Assembly (NCBI RefSeq): GCF_001194135.2
Contig: NC_068990.1
Location: 88,551,180-88,615,179 of the forward strand
Reading direction: 5' to 3'
Source of the DNA: Octopus bimaculoides
Lineage: Eukaryota
Length of the DNA stretch: 64,000 bases
Made by a program: the position numbers and the translations under genes
The notes under the pieces: model-generated
What the model saw: only the letters and a program-made list of their open reading frames with translations
What the model was told of the DNA's origin: nothing
Databases searched by the model: none
In this document: positions 14,101 through 28,400 of the stretch, piece by piece
How the letters are laid out: every line of letters begins with the position of its first letter
Position numbering within the stretch: position 1 is the first letter of the stretch

Positions 14101-17100
14101 CTAAAGTCAGTATGCGAAAAAAACAACAAATGGACTCCAGTTGTGGAAACCTGTAACGGTAACATAAGTAGCTTCTTTCTTGTTCTCTCTGTCTATGCAA
14201 TTTTGTTTTAATTTTGTGTTAAATGCATTTGTCAGAGGAAGACTGACTGAATACATGACTAGTTCCTCAATGTCTGTGGGGGAGAACTAGTTATTTTCAG
14301 ACCAGGGATCTCACAGACGCTTGCAACAAAGTGGTAGGGTAAAATTATGTTGATGTCTTATTTTGGTCATGAAATTCAGAAGAGAGAGCCTTGTGAATAT
14401 AATCACATTTTTTTTTTCATCTCATTGAAAGTAAAATTTTGATGAATTAAAATTTCTTGACTTGCTACTTGAAGTAGTGAGTGTCCATATTTACTATATA
14501 TTTATATGATTCACAAGATGGTGATGGAAGGGAAATGATTTTTGATTTCCAAGACAAACCTTTTCAAAATAGTAAAGTGGTGAGCTACATCCTTTTACAT
14601 TCTCAGTTCAAATTCAAACAACTATTATAATTCTGAGGTTGATTTATTTTCATTTATATATTTACTATATATATTTACTACTCAGTGTGTGGCCTTCTAT
14701 TTGAGTTAGGAACCACTATCATTAATATTGTTATCATCAATAATAATTATAATTATTCTTGTTGTTAAGAGTAATAGGTTGACACAATCATCTGAGCATC
14801 AGACAAAATGTGTTGTGTTATCTGCTCTGCTTCTTTAGCTTCAGAGTTCAAATGCTGCTGATATTTTGTCCTCTCAGGACCAATGAAATATGATACTGGT
14901 CAGGTGTAGATGCCAATTTCATTGATCAATTCCTACCTCAAAGTTCTGACTTGTTTTTTATGATGGTAAATTATTATAGTTGTTGTTGATGTTATTGTTT
15001 ATTGGTTTCAATTTTGTTTTAATTCTAGATCCTCAGATCCATTTTGTGAAAGTAAAAGGTGCAGCTCTGGATGTGCCAGGGAAATTATTGTGGAAGAAAA
15101 AAAATGTAACAGCAAAAGCCTGTGCAGAAAAATGTTTGTCAGACAAAAAATGTTTATCATTTGAAATAAATAAAGAAAATGGAAAATGTTTCTTATCAAA
15201 GCAAACTGCAAGTTCCTCCAAGAAAATAAAGAAAGTCAAGAACAAAGATTACTACCAACGAGTAAAATGTAATTATTCTGTAGTATATTCTGCTTGTGTA
15301 TTCTTGCACTGAGTGGGTGCTACATAATTTCCTTACATCAATTTGTTTTGAATTAAGAAAAGCGTCCAAACAATAATGATACTCTTTATTGTTTATGTAC
15401 AATATGTACAATATGTACAATTTAGTCAATCATCAATAGAACGTTACACACACAACACTCTTCTGTTTGGTATATATTTTGGTACATTCAAAATAGACTT
15501 TTATCATGAACATGTAACAAATGTTCATTAGGACAGTCAACAACAATTGAAATATATAACTTGAAACATCTCGAATTTATGAGTTGGTAATTAAACAGCA
15601 AAACTAGAGTTGATCAAACACCTGTGAGAAACAATCTCACAGAAACTCCAGCAGCAAACAGAGCTGGTCAAGTTCCATGCGTCTGGGACAAGAGCATAGG
15701 CGAATTGCTAGTGAAAACACGTCTGCAATGTTCAACGGCTGAACCTCGAGTCAAAAACGCTAGCGAGAAACGCGATGAAATTTTTTCGCAAGTTTTAAGC
15801 ACATGCTCTTGAGGGAACTTCTGTAGGCCTTCCAGAAGATTCTGACCCGCGCATGCATGCTGAAAATTCTCAAAAATGACTTCACTACAATTCTTAGTAT
15901 TTTATTATAAGAATTATCCTCTCCTCTTCTTCTGAAATTTGTGATTCCATTTGAATTTCTAGATTACTTACGGACAACTATTTCTGTAAAGACATTGAAG
16001 GTTCATCTGTAAAAGAAAAAAAAATATTAAGAATTGAAAAAATTCTAAAAAGACATTGTCATACAGCATTTGTTCACCTTGAAAACTTTTATGCATGTTT
16101 TCAATTGTATGTTGTGTGCATGCATGCATGCATATGTGCATATCAGAAAGGAAATTCCTGTTCTCTTTCTTAAACCCACATAGTTGTAGTAGTGGTGGTG
16201 GCAGTGGTAGAAGCAGTGATTGTGGATTTTCTTTACCTCTCCATGTTGACATGGCTTTGACAGTACTTTTACAGCACAATGTCTCACTTCTAGTAGCTGT
16301 GCTACATAATCTAATATACAGAATAATAGAAAAAGTAATACCACGCTATGTAGTGCATTTCCTATATTTTCTCATAGTTAATATAGCAAGATACCCTTCC
16401 TATCATTTTCCCACAAATATAATTTTTTATTGTTTGAGGAATTCATTATGATTAGGAGTGTGCTGCAAAGCACTAATTACAACTGATAAAGTGGCAGAGC
16501 TGTCATACAGAGCAGAAATAAACAGGATTGGATCTGCACACAATTAAAAGAGAGGTGTACAAATATATTATCTGCAGCATAACTATGGAGACAAGGTTTC
16601 AAATAAGTCTGAAGATGTTCTACAAATCATATGCATTCTGAAAATTTATTTATTTGTTTATGATAAATTGACCATTTACAAAATTATGCACCACATGCTT
16701 TACAATATTTAACATATGCTAGGAAATGTGTATGTATGTGTCCTTGAGTGGGTAGATGCATATGAAATATATTTCTTGTTTTCTATTTTGTTTCAGCTGA
16801 TGAAGGGCCTGTTATGTTGAAAAAGGTTAGCGTACCAAGTAAGGCTACTTTAGGACGGCTTAAGGATAAGACCTTAAAGAAGTGTAAAAATTCTTGTCAA
16901 CAATATACAGGATGTAACTCTTATCAGTACAATGCTGAAGCTAAGTTGTGTGATCTGAGTAATGTGACTCAGTTGAATGATGAACTTAAACCCAACGATG
17001 GAAGTTGGGATATATTCTTAACTAACCCAGGTCAGTAGAGTGTTTCCATTTTATTTATTTTGTGCATGCCTGTGTGTATTATCATACATATGTGTGTGTA

Positions 17101-18081
17101 TACATATCTGCCTCTGTCCTAAATATGCTTCATGTTCAGTCTGTTGAAAATTTATACATCATGTCCTTAGTATATTTCCCCCTCATTCCAGTCATGCAGC
17201 TTGTTTGTTCACAGTGCACCCACCCATTTCTTCCTTCTGTATCAGATACTTTCTTCTTCTTCTTATTTTTTTTTCTCGTCCTCCTCCTCTTTTTTTCTTC
17301 TTCCTTCTCCTCCTCCTTGGGAAACTTGTATCAGAAAACTTTTTCTTTCCTCACCACCCTTCCACTCACACCAACATTTTATTAACAACAGTATTGCAAT
17401 ATAAAAGGCATAGCTAGCATTCTCACCTCAGGAATGTGACTCCAGTTGACTAATTAATCAGTATTATTTATATTTCATAAACAATGGTTGTCTACTACAC
17501 CCTCTTCTGGTAGATGCAGGGGGACAAACTGATATGGTTTACCTGTTGGCAACATCCATACAAACATATTCAGATGCTGAATGCTGTTCACTAACCACCT
17601 GTTCCCTCTTGTCATGCATTCCACATCCATAGAGTTAACACAGTCAATGTAGGCACATTGAAAGTTGGGTCTAGTAGTAAACTTGTCTAAATGCAAGAAC
17701 AGAGACATGCAGATGTGTGGTGCATTCAAGAAGTAAGGTGGAGGGAACTTCAGCCAGGTTCATCTCAGGCAAAGAACGTAAGTGTAAAATATTCTGGGTA
17801 GATAATGGTGGTAGGCTAAATGGTGTAAGCATATTTCTAGATGAAAACTAAATGGATAAAGTGATCAAAATAGTTAGAATGTGTGATAGGATACATATGC
17901 TTAGACTAGTTTTGCCAAGTAGTACAGCAACTGTACTACATTGTTGTTGGAGAGAAGTGTGTTCAGATGGATGGATACACTTGCACTTAGTGATTCTACA
18001 AGGAAAGAGTTTTCGGTCAGCCAATCTGTGACAAAATTAGAGAAATAAGTGACTGTGTGATAAACTTGAAAAAATTAATAT

Positions 18082-18115
<34 letters not shown>

Positions 18116-21100
18116 NNNNNNNNNNNNNNNNNNNNNNNNNNNNNNNNNNNNNNNNNNNNNNNNNNNNNNNNNNNNNNNNNNNNNNNNNNNNNNNNNNNNN
18201 NNNNNNNNNNNNNNNNNNNNNNNNNNNNNNNNNNNNNNNNNNNNNNNNNNNNNNNNNNNNNNNNNNNNNNNNNNNNNNNNNNNNNNNNNNNNNNNNNNNN
18301 NNNNNNNNNNNNNNNNNNNNNNNNNNNNNNNNNNNNNNNNNNNNNNNNNNNNNNNNNNNNNNNNNNNNNNNNNNNNNNNNNNNNNNNNNNNNNNNNNNNN
18401 NNNNNNNNNNNNNNNNNNNNNNNNNNNNNNNNNNNNNNNNNNNNNNNNNNNNNNNNNNNNNNNNNNNNNNNNNNNNNNNNNNNNNNNNNNNNNNNNNNNN
18501 NNNNNNNNNNNNNNNNNNNNNNNNNNNNNNNNNNNNNNNNNNNNNNNNNNNNNNNNNNNNNNNNNNNNNNNNNNNNNNNNNNNNNNNNNNNNNNNNNNNN
18601 NNNNNNNNNNNNNNNNNNNNNNNNNNNNNNNNNNNNNNNNNNNNNNNNNNNNNNNNNNNNNNNNNNNNNNNNNNNNNNNNNNNNNNNNNNNNNNNNNNNN
18701 TATATATATATATATTAATGGCAATGGAAGCAACTCTAACAGAAATAGCAATAGTATCATAACTAATGATAATGCTAAGAATGGTAACAATGATACCATT
18801 GACAACAGCCACTAACAATGCAGACAGAATGGTCTAGCTCTGGAGAAGATTATGGGATTGATTAATAAATGTGATAATTGTATTTGGGAACTATGATTCT
18901 ACAACCTCATCAGAAACATGCATAAGCTAGCTGGAATAAATTATGTGAATATCCATCATCTTTGTACCTTTTCTGTTATGCTCTGTAACTGTTGTATATA
19001 CCAATTTTCCTTGGTGACTAAGCTTTTCACCAGGATCCTTAAGGATCACTTCCTTTCATGTGATATCTGTATGTCTGTATGCGTGTGCAAATGTCTTCAG
19101 TTTGTTATACAGTCAATATCTTTTATTCTAGATTTGTCCTTATCTCCTCATTCTCCCCCTCCTCCTCCTGCCATAGATTCACTATTGATATCAGTTTCTC
19201 TTATCACTTCCAGTTGTTACAAAAGTTAACTGTGGACCTCCAAAGGATGTTGTTGGTGCAAAGAAGTCCTACACTGACACCACCTATAAATCTGAAGTGA
19301 CCTACACATGTCCAGGAGGACAACAGTTGAAGTCAAAGTGTAAAGATGACAATAAATGGACTCCAGTTGCATCCAATTGTGAAGGTAATGTAAATAGGTT
19401 CTCTCTTGTTGTCTCTGTCTATGTATTTTTGTTTAAATTTTTATTAAATATCTTTGTCAGAAGAAGAATGTCTGTATCCATGACAATTTCTATGGAATTT
19501 GTGGCTGGTTGAAGGGAGAGCGAGAGCTATCCTCAGACCAGAAAACTTTCCAAATTCATGCAACTGAGCAGACTTGCATAAGCTATCCATGGATGAGGTA
19601 ATGGTATTAATTTGAGTGATGGATTAAGTTTACCATCCAAGAACATCAAGTGAGGAAGTGTGTTCTCTCCAGCAGGCTTCAGCATAGTTTCCATTCATTA
19701 AATTTCATTCCCAATCCTTAGTCATGAAGCAGATTGGGTAGCATCAACAATAATTATTTATGCTGGTGATGGATTGAGAAAATCATCAGAACATCAGACA
19801 AAACATTTCTGGCTCTTTTCCATGGCCAATAAAATAAAATACCAGTCAAGTGTAAGGCCCACTTTAATCAGTCACTTCCGACCTCAAATGTTTGTCCTTT
19901 TTTTATGTTAGAAATTTTTGTTTTTGGTGTTTACAATTGTCTAAATCTTATTTTAATTCCAGTTTCTAAGATCCATTTTGTGAAAGTAAAAGGTGCAGTT
20001 CTGGATGTACCTGGGAAAACTTTGGCGAGTAATAAAAGTGTAACAGCAGATGTTTGTGCAGAAAGATGTTTGTCTGACAAAAATTGTTTATCATTTGAAA
20101 TAACTGAAGAAACTGGAAAATGTTATTTATCAAAGGAATCTGCAGCTTTTTCCAAGAAAATAAAAGCAGCCAAAAGCAGAGATTACTACCAACGAGTAAA
20201 TCGTAATTATTCTTTGTGTTTTTCTTTTCCACTAATTTTGAAATTTGTGATTCCATTTCTACTTTGTGATGCAGTTTTCTCTTATAGAATATCTACTTTT
20301 AAGTGGGGATAAATATTATATCTTGATATTAATACTGCCTCTGTCACTAATATGTATTTTTCAACAAGCTAACTGGCTAATCATGACACCAGCACATGTT
20401 CTCACACTGTGATTCTATATATTGCTGGTGAAGAGATGAATTGCAGCTACCTGTAGCAGTCAAGTGTCCAACATTGACAAGATCAAAGAAGGTTGAAATT
20501 ACATGATCCAGTGATTTCGGTGCTGAACATAACAAGGATTTATCTCGCCACTAGCGATATAAACAAGAGTGCATTTTGCACCAAAATTCCAGTATGACTA
20601 TCTCTCATGGTAACTACTTCGGTAGATGTTACTTTAGACTTTAAGTCAGACATTACACAAAGAATACTCCATGAAAAACTTAAGAAGTAGAACAGAAGAC
20701 TTCATGGGAATTTCATCTTCTACTTCCAAGCTATAATATCAAATTCACTAGCAAGTATTACTGAAAAAATCTCCAATTTAGCCACAAATCTTTTATCTTC
20801 TATCTTTTAGCTGTTTCAGTCATTTGATTGTTGAGGCAACACCTTGAAGTATTTTAGTTGAACAAATCAACTCTAAGATTTATTTTTTGAAGCCAAGTAC
20901 TTATTCTATCAGTCTCTTTTACTAAACTGCTAAGTTACAGCATTTCTCTGCATAATCACTCTTCTCAAAATGCATACGCAGTGTATTATATCATAAGACA
21001 TACTTGGAAGCTCACCTCATTGTTTAAGTTGTACATAAATTATATGTACACCCTTCTTCTGTTGGTGTGCTTTTCTTTAAGATTAAATGGTTCTAACAAC

Positions 21101-22427
21101 ACTTGACACATTGGCTAAACACCTGTTGATCAGCACTTAGACAATACTAAATTAATCAATTAGAAAAAGATATACAAATGATACACACATTTTGAAAGAA
21201 GGTTTCAAATGAGTATGAAGATGGGCTAAAACTCACATGAATTCCAAGTTGTCATTTTGTGGATCAATTATTTGTTTATAATAAATTGTCCATTTAAATT
21301 AAATTATGCACCAGATGCTATATAATGTTTAATGTGTGTGTGTATGGGATTATGAAATGTAATTCTCATTTACTTTCTTTTTTTATCTAGCCAATAAAGA
21401 TATTTTAAAATTTAAAAGAACTTCCATACCAAGAGAAGATGCATTTAAACGGCAGGAAAATATGACCTTAAAGGAGTGTGACCATGCTTGTCATCAAACT
21501 CCAGGATGTAATTCTTATGAGTATGATAAGAAAGCTAAGTTCTGTGATCAAAGTAATGCAACTCACTTGACTCATGACCTTCAACCAGATCAAAAGGATT
21601 GGGATATTTACGTCATTAACCCAGGTCAGTAGAGTGTTTTCATTTTATTTTATTATGCATGTACTTGCATGTAACTGCGTGTTTGTGTGTATTATTTACA
21701 CATACATACATGTGTTTGTGCAATATATATATAGAGGCAATTATATATTTATATAGAGGCAATTATGTAAATAAACAAATTAGACAGATTAAATATATTA
21801 AATATCTATTATAGTAAAAGCAAAATTTTGTCTGTCTGGGACCCTTGTATCTCAGTCTACATTTGCTCTACAAAGACATATTATACCTTTTGGAATCAGA
21901 ATGATCCCAGGATTGAAAATCTGCCCTTCATTTGGTTCTTGAACATCCAGTATTGGGATCTGATTTAAAAACATTTGGATTACTACTTCTTGCAGGTAAA
22001 TATCTTTGTCTTTAAGGTATTTGTACGTTCTCCCTACAACATTACTTTACTTATTTAAAATTTTTGGCACTCCATCTATTTAAATACACTATTTACATTT
22101 CTCCCTCTATGCTTGAGAAGAGTTGTTAAGCCAAGTGATATCATAGCTATGGATGATGCTGGTGTCACGTAACTGGCATCCCTGCTTGTGGCACATAAAA
22201 AGCCAAATAAGACTGGCGCAGCCTTCCAGCTTGCCAGCCCTGGTAAAACCATCCAACCCATACCAGCATGAAAAATGGACGTTAAATGATGATGAAGATT
22301 ACACAGTTCACTCTGATTACCAATTAATCAGATTAATCCAGTTAGCTAAGCGGTGTTATCACAGAATGATCAAAAAAGAATTTGACTGGATTTTACCATC
22401 ATGTGTTGAGAGAGAGAGAGAGAGAGA

Positions 22428-22474
<47 letters not shown>

Positions 22475-25400
22475 NNNNNNNNNNNNNNNNNNNNNNNNNN
22501 NNNNNNNNNNNNNNNNNNNNNNNNNNNNNNNNNNNNNNNNNNNNNNNNNNNNNNNNNNNNNNNNNNNNNNNNNNNNNNNNNNNNNNNNNNNNNNNNNNNN
22601 NNNNNNNNNNNNNNNNNNNNNNNNNNNNNNNNNNNNNNNNNNNNNNNNNNNNNNNNNTGTGTGTGTGTGTGTGTGTGTGTATTTGTATTTGTATCTATGT
22701 GCAAATTACTTCAATTCGGTTCACTGAATATCTTTTGTCTTAAATGTGTCATTATCTCCTCATTTTCACCCTCTTCCTGACACATACTCACAAATGATAT
22801 CAATTTCTCTTTTCAATTTCAGCTTTCGCAAATATTAACTGCGGGCTTCCCAAAGATATTGTTGGTACATCAAAGTCCTACAAAACCACTGCATATAAAT
22901 CTGAAGTACTCTATACTTGCTCAGATGGAGTACAACTAAAGTCAATATGTCAAAAAGACAACAAATGGACTCCAGTAACGTCTTCTTGTAAAGGTAACAT
23001 AAATAGCTTCTCTCCTGTTGTCTCTCTTTAAGTAATTTTCTTAAATTATTGTGTTAAATGTCTTCACCAAAAGAAGACTGGCTGATTCCATTATTATTTC
23101 CAGTGTTTGCAGCTGGTGAGAAGGAGAGGGAAGTTATCTTCAGACCAGAGACTTCTCCAAATACTTGCAATGTAGTGGATTCCATTGATATTACCATAGA
23201 GCCTGATAATACTATTAAATTGAGTGATGGATTAAGTTTGCTGACCAAGAAATTGAAGTCTAGAGACTTATCACCAGTTAGCTTCCAAAATGTTTCCATC
23301 CATTAATTTTCATCCACAATGTTAATATATATGTTACAGTAGGAAACATTCATATTAACCCAGAGTTGCTCAGGCTGGGCAAGAACCACTTTAATCTCAC
23401 ATATTTAGGAGAGAAGATGACCTGAGAAATTCATGGCTAAATGGTTTCTGCCATGGATAGCTTATTAAAACATATAAATATTTTCGAATTGTAATCAATT
23501 ATGTATTCTTTTGTTCATGACTAAACATAATTAGAGAAAGAGATTGTGATATTCATGTCTTTCTCAAGGGCACTAAATGTCTATGTAACATGAACTGATC
23601 ATTGACTCACACCACTCAATCCAAATTTATACTAAAAGAACAACTATGGAAAAATACTCAGAGTTACTTCCTCTATGGAAAACAAATAGTAAAATAAAGA
23701 TATTGTGATCAACTGTAATTTTACCGTGATTGATCATTAAAATGGATAGTCTAATAAATAAATTCAGAAGAGACAACCTTATAAATATGAATTGCCTTTT
23801 TCTTCCTATCACTGAAAGTTTAAGTTTGGTGAATTTACTACATATTCATATTTACTACATATTCATATTTATTTACTAGATGAAGATGATAGTCAAATCA
23901 TTTTAGTTTTCCAAGACAAAACACTATAAAATCAGTAGAGCGACTAGCCATATTTAGTTATGTACTTTTACATTCTAGGCTCAAATCCCACCAAGATGTA
24001 CTTCACTTTTCATACTTCTGAGATTGATTAAACAAGCACTATTCAAGAACAGAGGTTGATAATTTTTTGTGTATCCTCCCTGCAGGATCTGTAGCCTTGT
24101 GTTTAAGTTAGGAACCATTATCATTAATATTGGAGACTTCAACAATGATTATGATTATTCTTGATAATAAGGGTAATGTATTGACAGAATCATTCAAGCA
24201 TCAGACAAAATATGTTGTGGTATTTGTTCTGGCAATTTTATTTCTTAGTTTAAATCTCGTTGATGTGAACTTTGCCCATTTTAAGTTAATAAAATAAGAC
24301 ATCAGTCAAGTGTAGGGACTAATTTAATTGACCAGTACTTACCTAAAGATTTGGCTTACTTTTTATGTTAGAAATTATTGTAATTGTTGTTATTTTTCAT
24401 TAGCCTAAATTTTGCTTTAACTTTAGATCCTCAGCTCCATTTTGTGAAAATAAAAGATGCTGCTCTGGATGTACCTGGGAAAACATTGTTGGATAAGGAA
24501 GATGTAACAGCAGATGAATGTGCAGAAAAATGTCTGTCTGATGAAAGCTGTTTATCATTTGAAATAAATAAAAAAAATAGAAAATGTTACTTATCAGAGA
24601 AATCTGCAGCTACCTCCAAGAAATTAAAGGCAGACAAAGACAAAGATTACTACCATCGATTAAAGCGTAATTATTCTTTGTATTTTATTATTGGAATTCT
24701 CTTTTCCATTATTTCTGAAATTTGTGATTCCATTTGTACTTTCAAACCATATAGACCCCAATTTCTGTAAAGACATTAACAGGTTTACCTATAAGGCCAG
24801 ATATACACACATTCTAGAAATAAGCAATATTAAGAAATGTAAATACTGTTAAGATATTCTCATACAACTTTTATTCACCTTGAACAAGATTTTGCAACCT
24901 TCATTCTCAGTGAATCTTTCTGGTATTTGGTCATACCACGTTTTTGGTCTTTATGGGCCATAATTTCCACAAAGCTCCCAATGTATCATTCTTGCCACAT
25001 AGTTATGTCCTTTGTATTTGCATTGGGCTAATTTCAGGCTTTCACTAACAATGCACCGTATTGTTTAACCCTCTCACTACACATTCTGCATTTGTCACTT
25101 TCAGTTGTGTTGTCAGTTCTGTACTTCACATTGTTTGTCCTCAATGCTTGTTCTAGTGCCATGCATATGAGTGCTTTGGTTTCTATCTTCTGGTCACTCC
25201 TCCACATCCAGAACAACTGGTCTTCTGTAACTGTCTTCGAGGAATTTGTATATTTTGCAAACTGACTATACATTTTGCCCCATGCTATTTCATTTTCTTC
25301 TTTTTTTTTTGTATTCTTTTCCTCTTTATGTTTCTTCCTTTACACTATTATCACTTTTGATGATGCCAAACTTCACATATTTCAGCAATGGTTTTATTGC

Positions 25401-28400
25401 ATTTTTTACATACCACCCCAAGAGTTGTTTTCCTCTACTTCAACAAAATCCTGACAACTGATCAAACATCTCCCATTATTATTATTATCATCTTTCAGCA
25501 TAAGATACATTTCTAAGAATGAATACGTATTCTTGTGCACCAGGACACATATGTAAAAGCTCACCTGTATGTTTCAGTTGGAGGTAATCCATTTGTACAT
25601 CTGTCTTCTGATGATCTGTTTTTCTTTAAGACTGAATGGCCATAGCTAGCACATGATATGTTTAAGGTATTGTCAACCCTACAAATATACACCATGAGAG
25701 GAGATGTGTACAAATATATTGTCTGCACCCTATGTATTGAGACAAGCTTTTAAAAGAAGTTAGAAAAATGTTCTATAACATAGATGAAGTCTGATTAAGA
25801 TATCATTTTGTAGATCAGTTATTAGTTTATTAATAGAACATCAAATTAAAAAATCATGCACCACATGCTTTTCAATATTCAATATATGTGTGTGATGCAT
25901 GTGATGTGTATTTGGGATTAAGTTGGTGGATGACTATAAAATATATTTCTTGTGTTTTTCTTCCCTTCCAGTTGATGACAAGCCTTTCATGATGAAAAAA
26001 GTTAGCATACCAAAGAAAACTAAGATAGAAGAGCTTCAGGATATGAAATTAAAGGAGTGTGACGAAGCTTGCAGTCAATATGCAGGATGTAACTCTTATC
26101 AGTACAATAAGAAAAAGAAGATATGTGATCTGAGTAATGTGACTCAGTTGAGTGATGAACTTAAACCCAACAATGGAAGCTGGGACATATACATAGTTAA
26201 CCCAGGTTAGTAGAATGTTTCCACCTTATTTGTTGCATGCATGTCTGTGTGCATTTATATACACACATATGTATGTGTGTATGTAAGGCAGATGTTAAAG
26301 GATGATCATGATATCAAGGGTTTATATACAGGGATTTCACATAACGAAGGACTTTGTATAATCAAACACTTCCTAGACCTTCGACCTAACCCCCAACCTG
26401 ACACCTCCACACTTCTTTGTCTGGCTGAACTTGTTCTCTCCCTCAACTGCTTCTCATTCATGGGGTATTTTTATTAACAATTCTTGGGAGTGGCCATGGG
26501 AATGAGAATGGGCCCTATCTATGCGAACCTATTTGTTGGTTATACTGAGGCCCAAATATTCTCACAATTCACTGGTCCCACTCCCGAACTATATGGTTAC
26601 TATATTGATGACTGTATCAGTGCAACCTCACACTCCTGCAAACAACTAGACTCTTTCTTCTCTTTTGTCTAATCCTTCCATCCTGCCCTCAAATTCTCCT
26701 GCACAATTTCCAACACTTCCGTTGCATTTCTCAACATTTCAATCAACATACACCACTCTGCTCTCACTACCTCTATCCACTACAAACACACCGACTCACA
26801 CTCATAGCTTAACTTCTCCTCCCACCCTATCCACACCAAGCTCTCCATCCCTTTCTCCCAATTAGCTCCACTCATAGCTTTCCACTTCATCCTTCATAGA
26901 TATCCCCTCACCACTATCCATACAGCCCTTGTCAGAGTACATTCTGTGGACCATACCTCTGCTTTCTCACCCCACACCTACCCTGCCGTTGCCTGTTTCT
27001 TTTTCACTTTGCTTCTCTCTATATATCTCTCTCTAGCTCTAAGATTTATAACTTATTTTATTATTTTATATTTATATATTTTACATTTTTTCCTATTTAT
27101 TGTTGTCCATTTTAGTTATTCCTTTCTCTTTTCATTGATTACAGGCCTCTTTTTTTTTTTTACTCCTCTCCTTTCTGTCTGTTTTTTTTTTCAGGCATTT
27201 GCTCTCTATCTACTTCTCTCAGCATACTTCTAACAACTGTACAACTTCACACGTTTGATCTCTAATATAATGCAATGAAATTTTCCCTTGATGATCTGTT
27301 TGTGGTTTGGCATCCAGTTGTGCTTGGAACATTCAATTTAAGTAACCACAATAGTTAAGTGTACAAGGGGAAAAAATGATATAAAATTGTGTTTATCATA
27401 ATTTCTCCTACATTTGCCCTGTGTATCATAACCAGTTTACTATGCTGTGTGTATGAAAATGATTCATTTTATTTTAGTTAATATCTTTTATTCTAAATAT
27501 GTAATTATCTCCTCATTCTCCCCTTCTTTCTAACATATACTCACAATTGACATCACTTTCTTTTATCAATTACAGTTATCACAAAAATTAACTGTGGACC
27601 ACCAAAAGATGTTGTTGGTGCATCTAAATCCTACAATACTACTACCTATAAATCTGAAGTGATCTATACTTGTCAAAAAGGAGGAATATTAAAAGCAACA
27701 TGTAAAGAGAACAGGAAATGGGCTCCAGTAGTATCTTGTAAAGGTAATGTAAATAGGGTGTTTCTTTTTGACTCTGTCTCGGTAATTTTGTTTTAGCTTT
27801 AAGTTCCAAGTTTATGTCAGAGGAAGTCTGACTTTGTCCGTGACAATTTCCTTTGTGTTTGTGATCGGTAGGAGGGTGAGAGCTAGTTATCCTCAGACCA
27901 GAGATTTTCCTAAATGCTTGCAACACAATTTATTTCATTAAAGATATTTAAGAGCCAGGTAATGGTAATAATTTGGTTGATGAGTTAAGTCTTCACCAAA
28001 GAACAGAAAGTAACGAAGAGCGTTCTCTCCTTCAGGCTTCTGCTAGTCTCTATCCACTAAACTTCATCTACAATGTTTAGTTGTGAATCAGAATTTTAGC
28101 AACACAGCCACAAGTCTACAGAATATGACATTCTTAAGTACACTTATTACTTCCAGGAATATACCTCAGCTCAGTTTTGGAGTTTTTCTCTTAATTTTTA
28201 ATTTAACTTTTCTCATCCAATCTTTATTTCATCCTCTGAAACACTGTACAATACAATGCACTGAATTTTTATTTACTAGAATTCAACAATCATGCAAGAC
28301 ATCCATTCCACCATCCTAAATCGTAATGAGACAAATAATAAAAGTGGTTTCTGATGGCAAAAGAGTCAGTACTTTTCTATAGAAAAATGCTAGTCATTAT

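Noticed and set aside
18017-18818. Long ORFs in the track here and at 22382-22780, 46479-47056 and 57491-58617
   Set aside because: They run through N gaps and microsatellites
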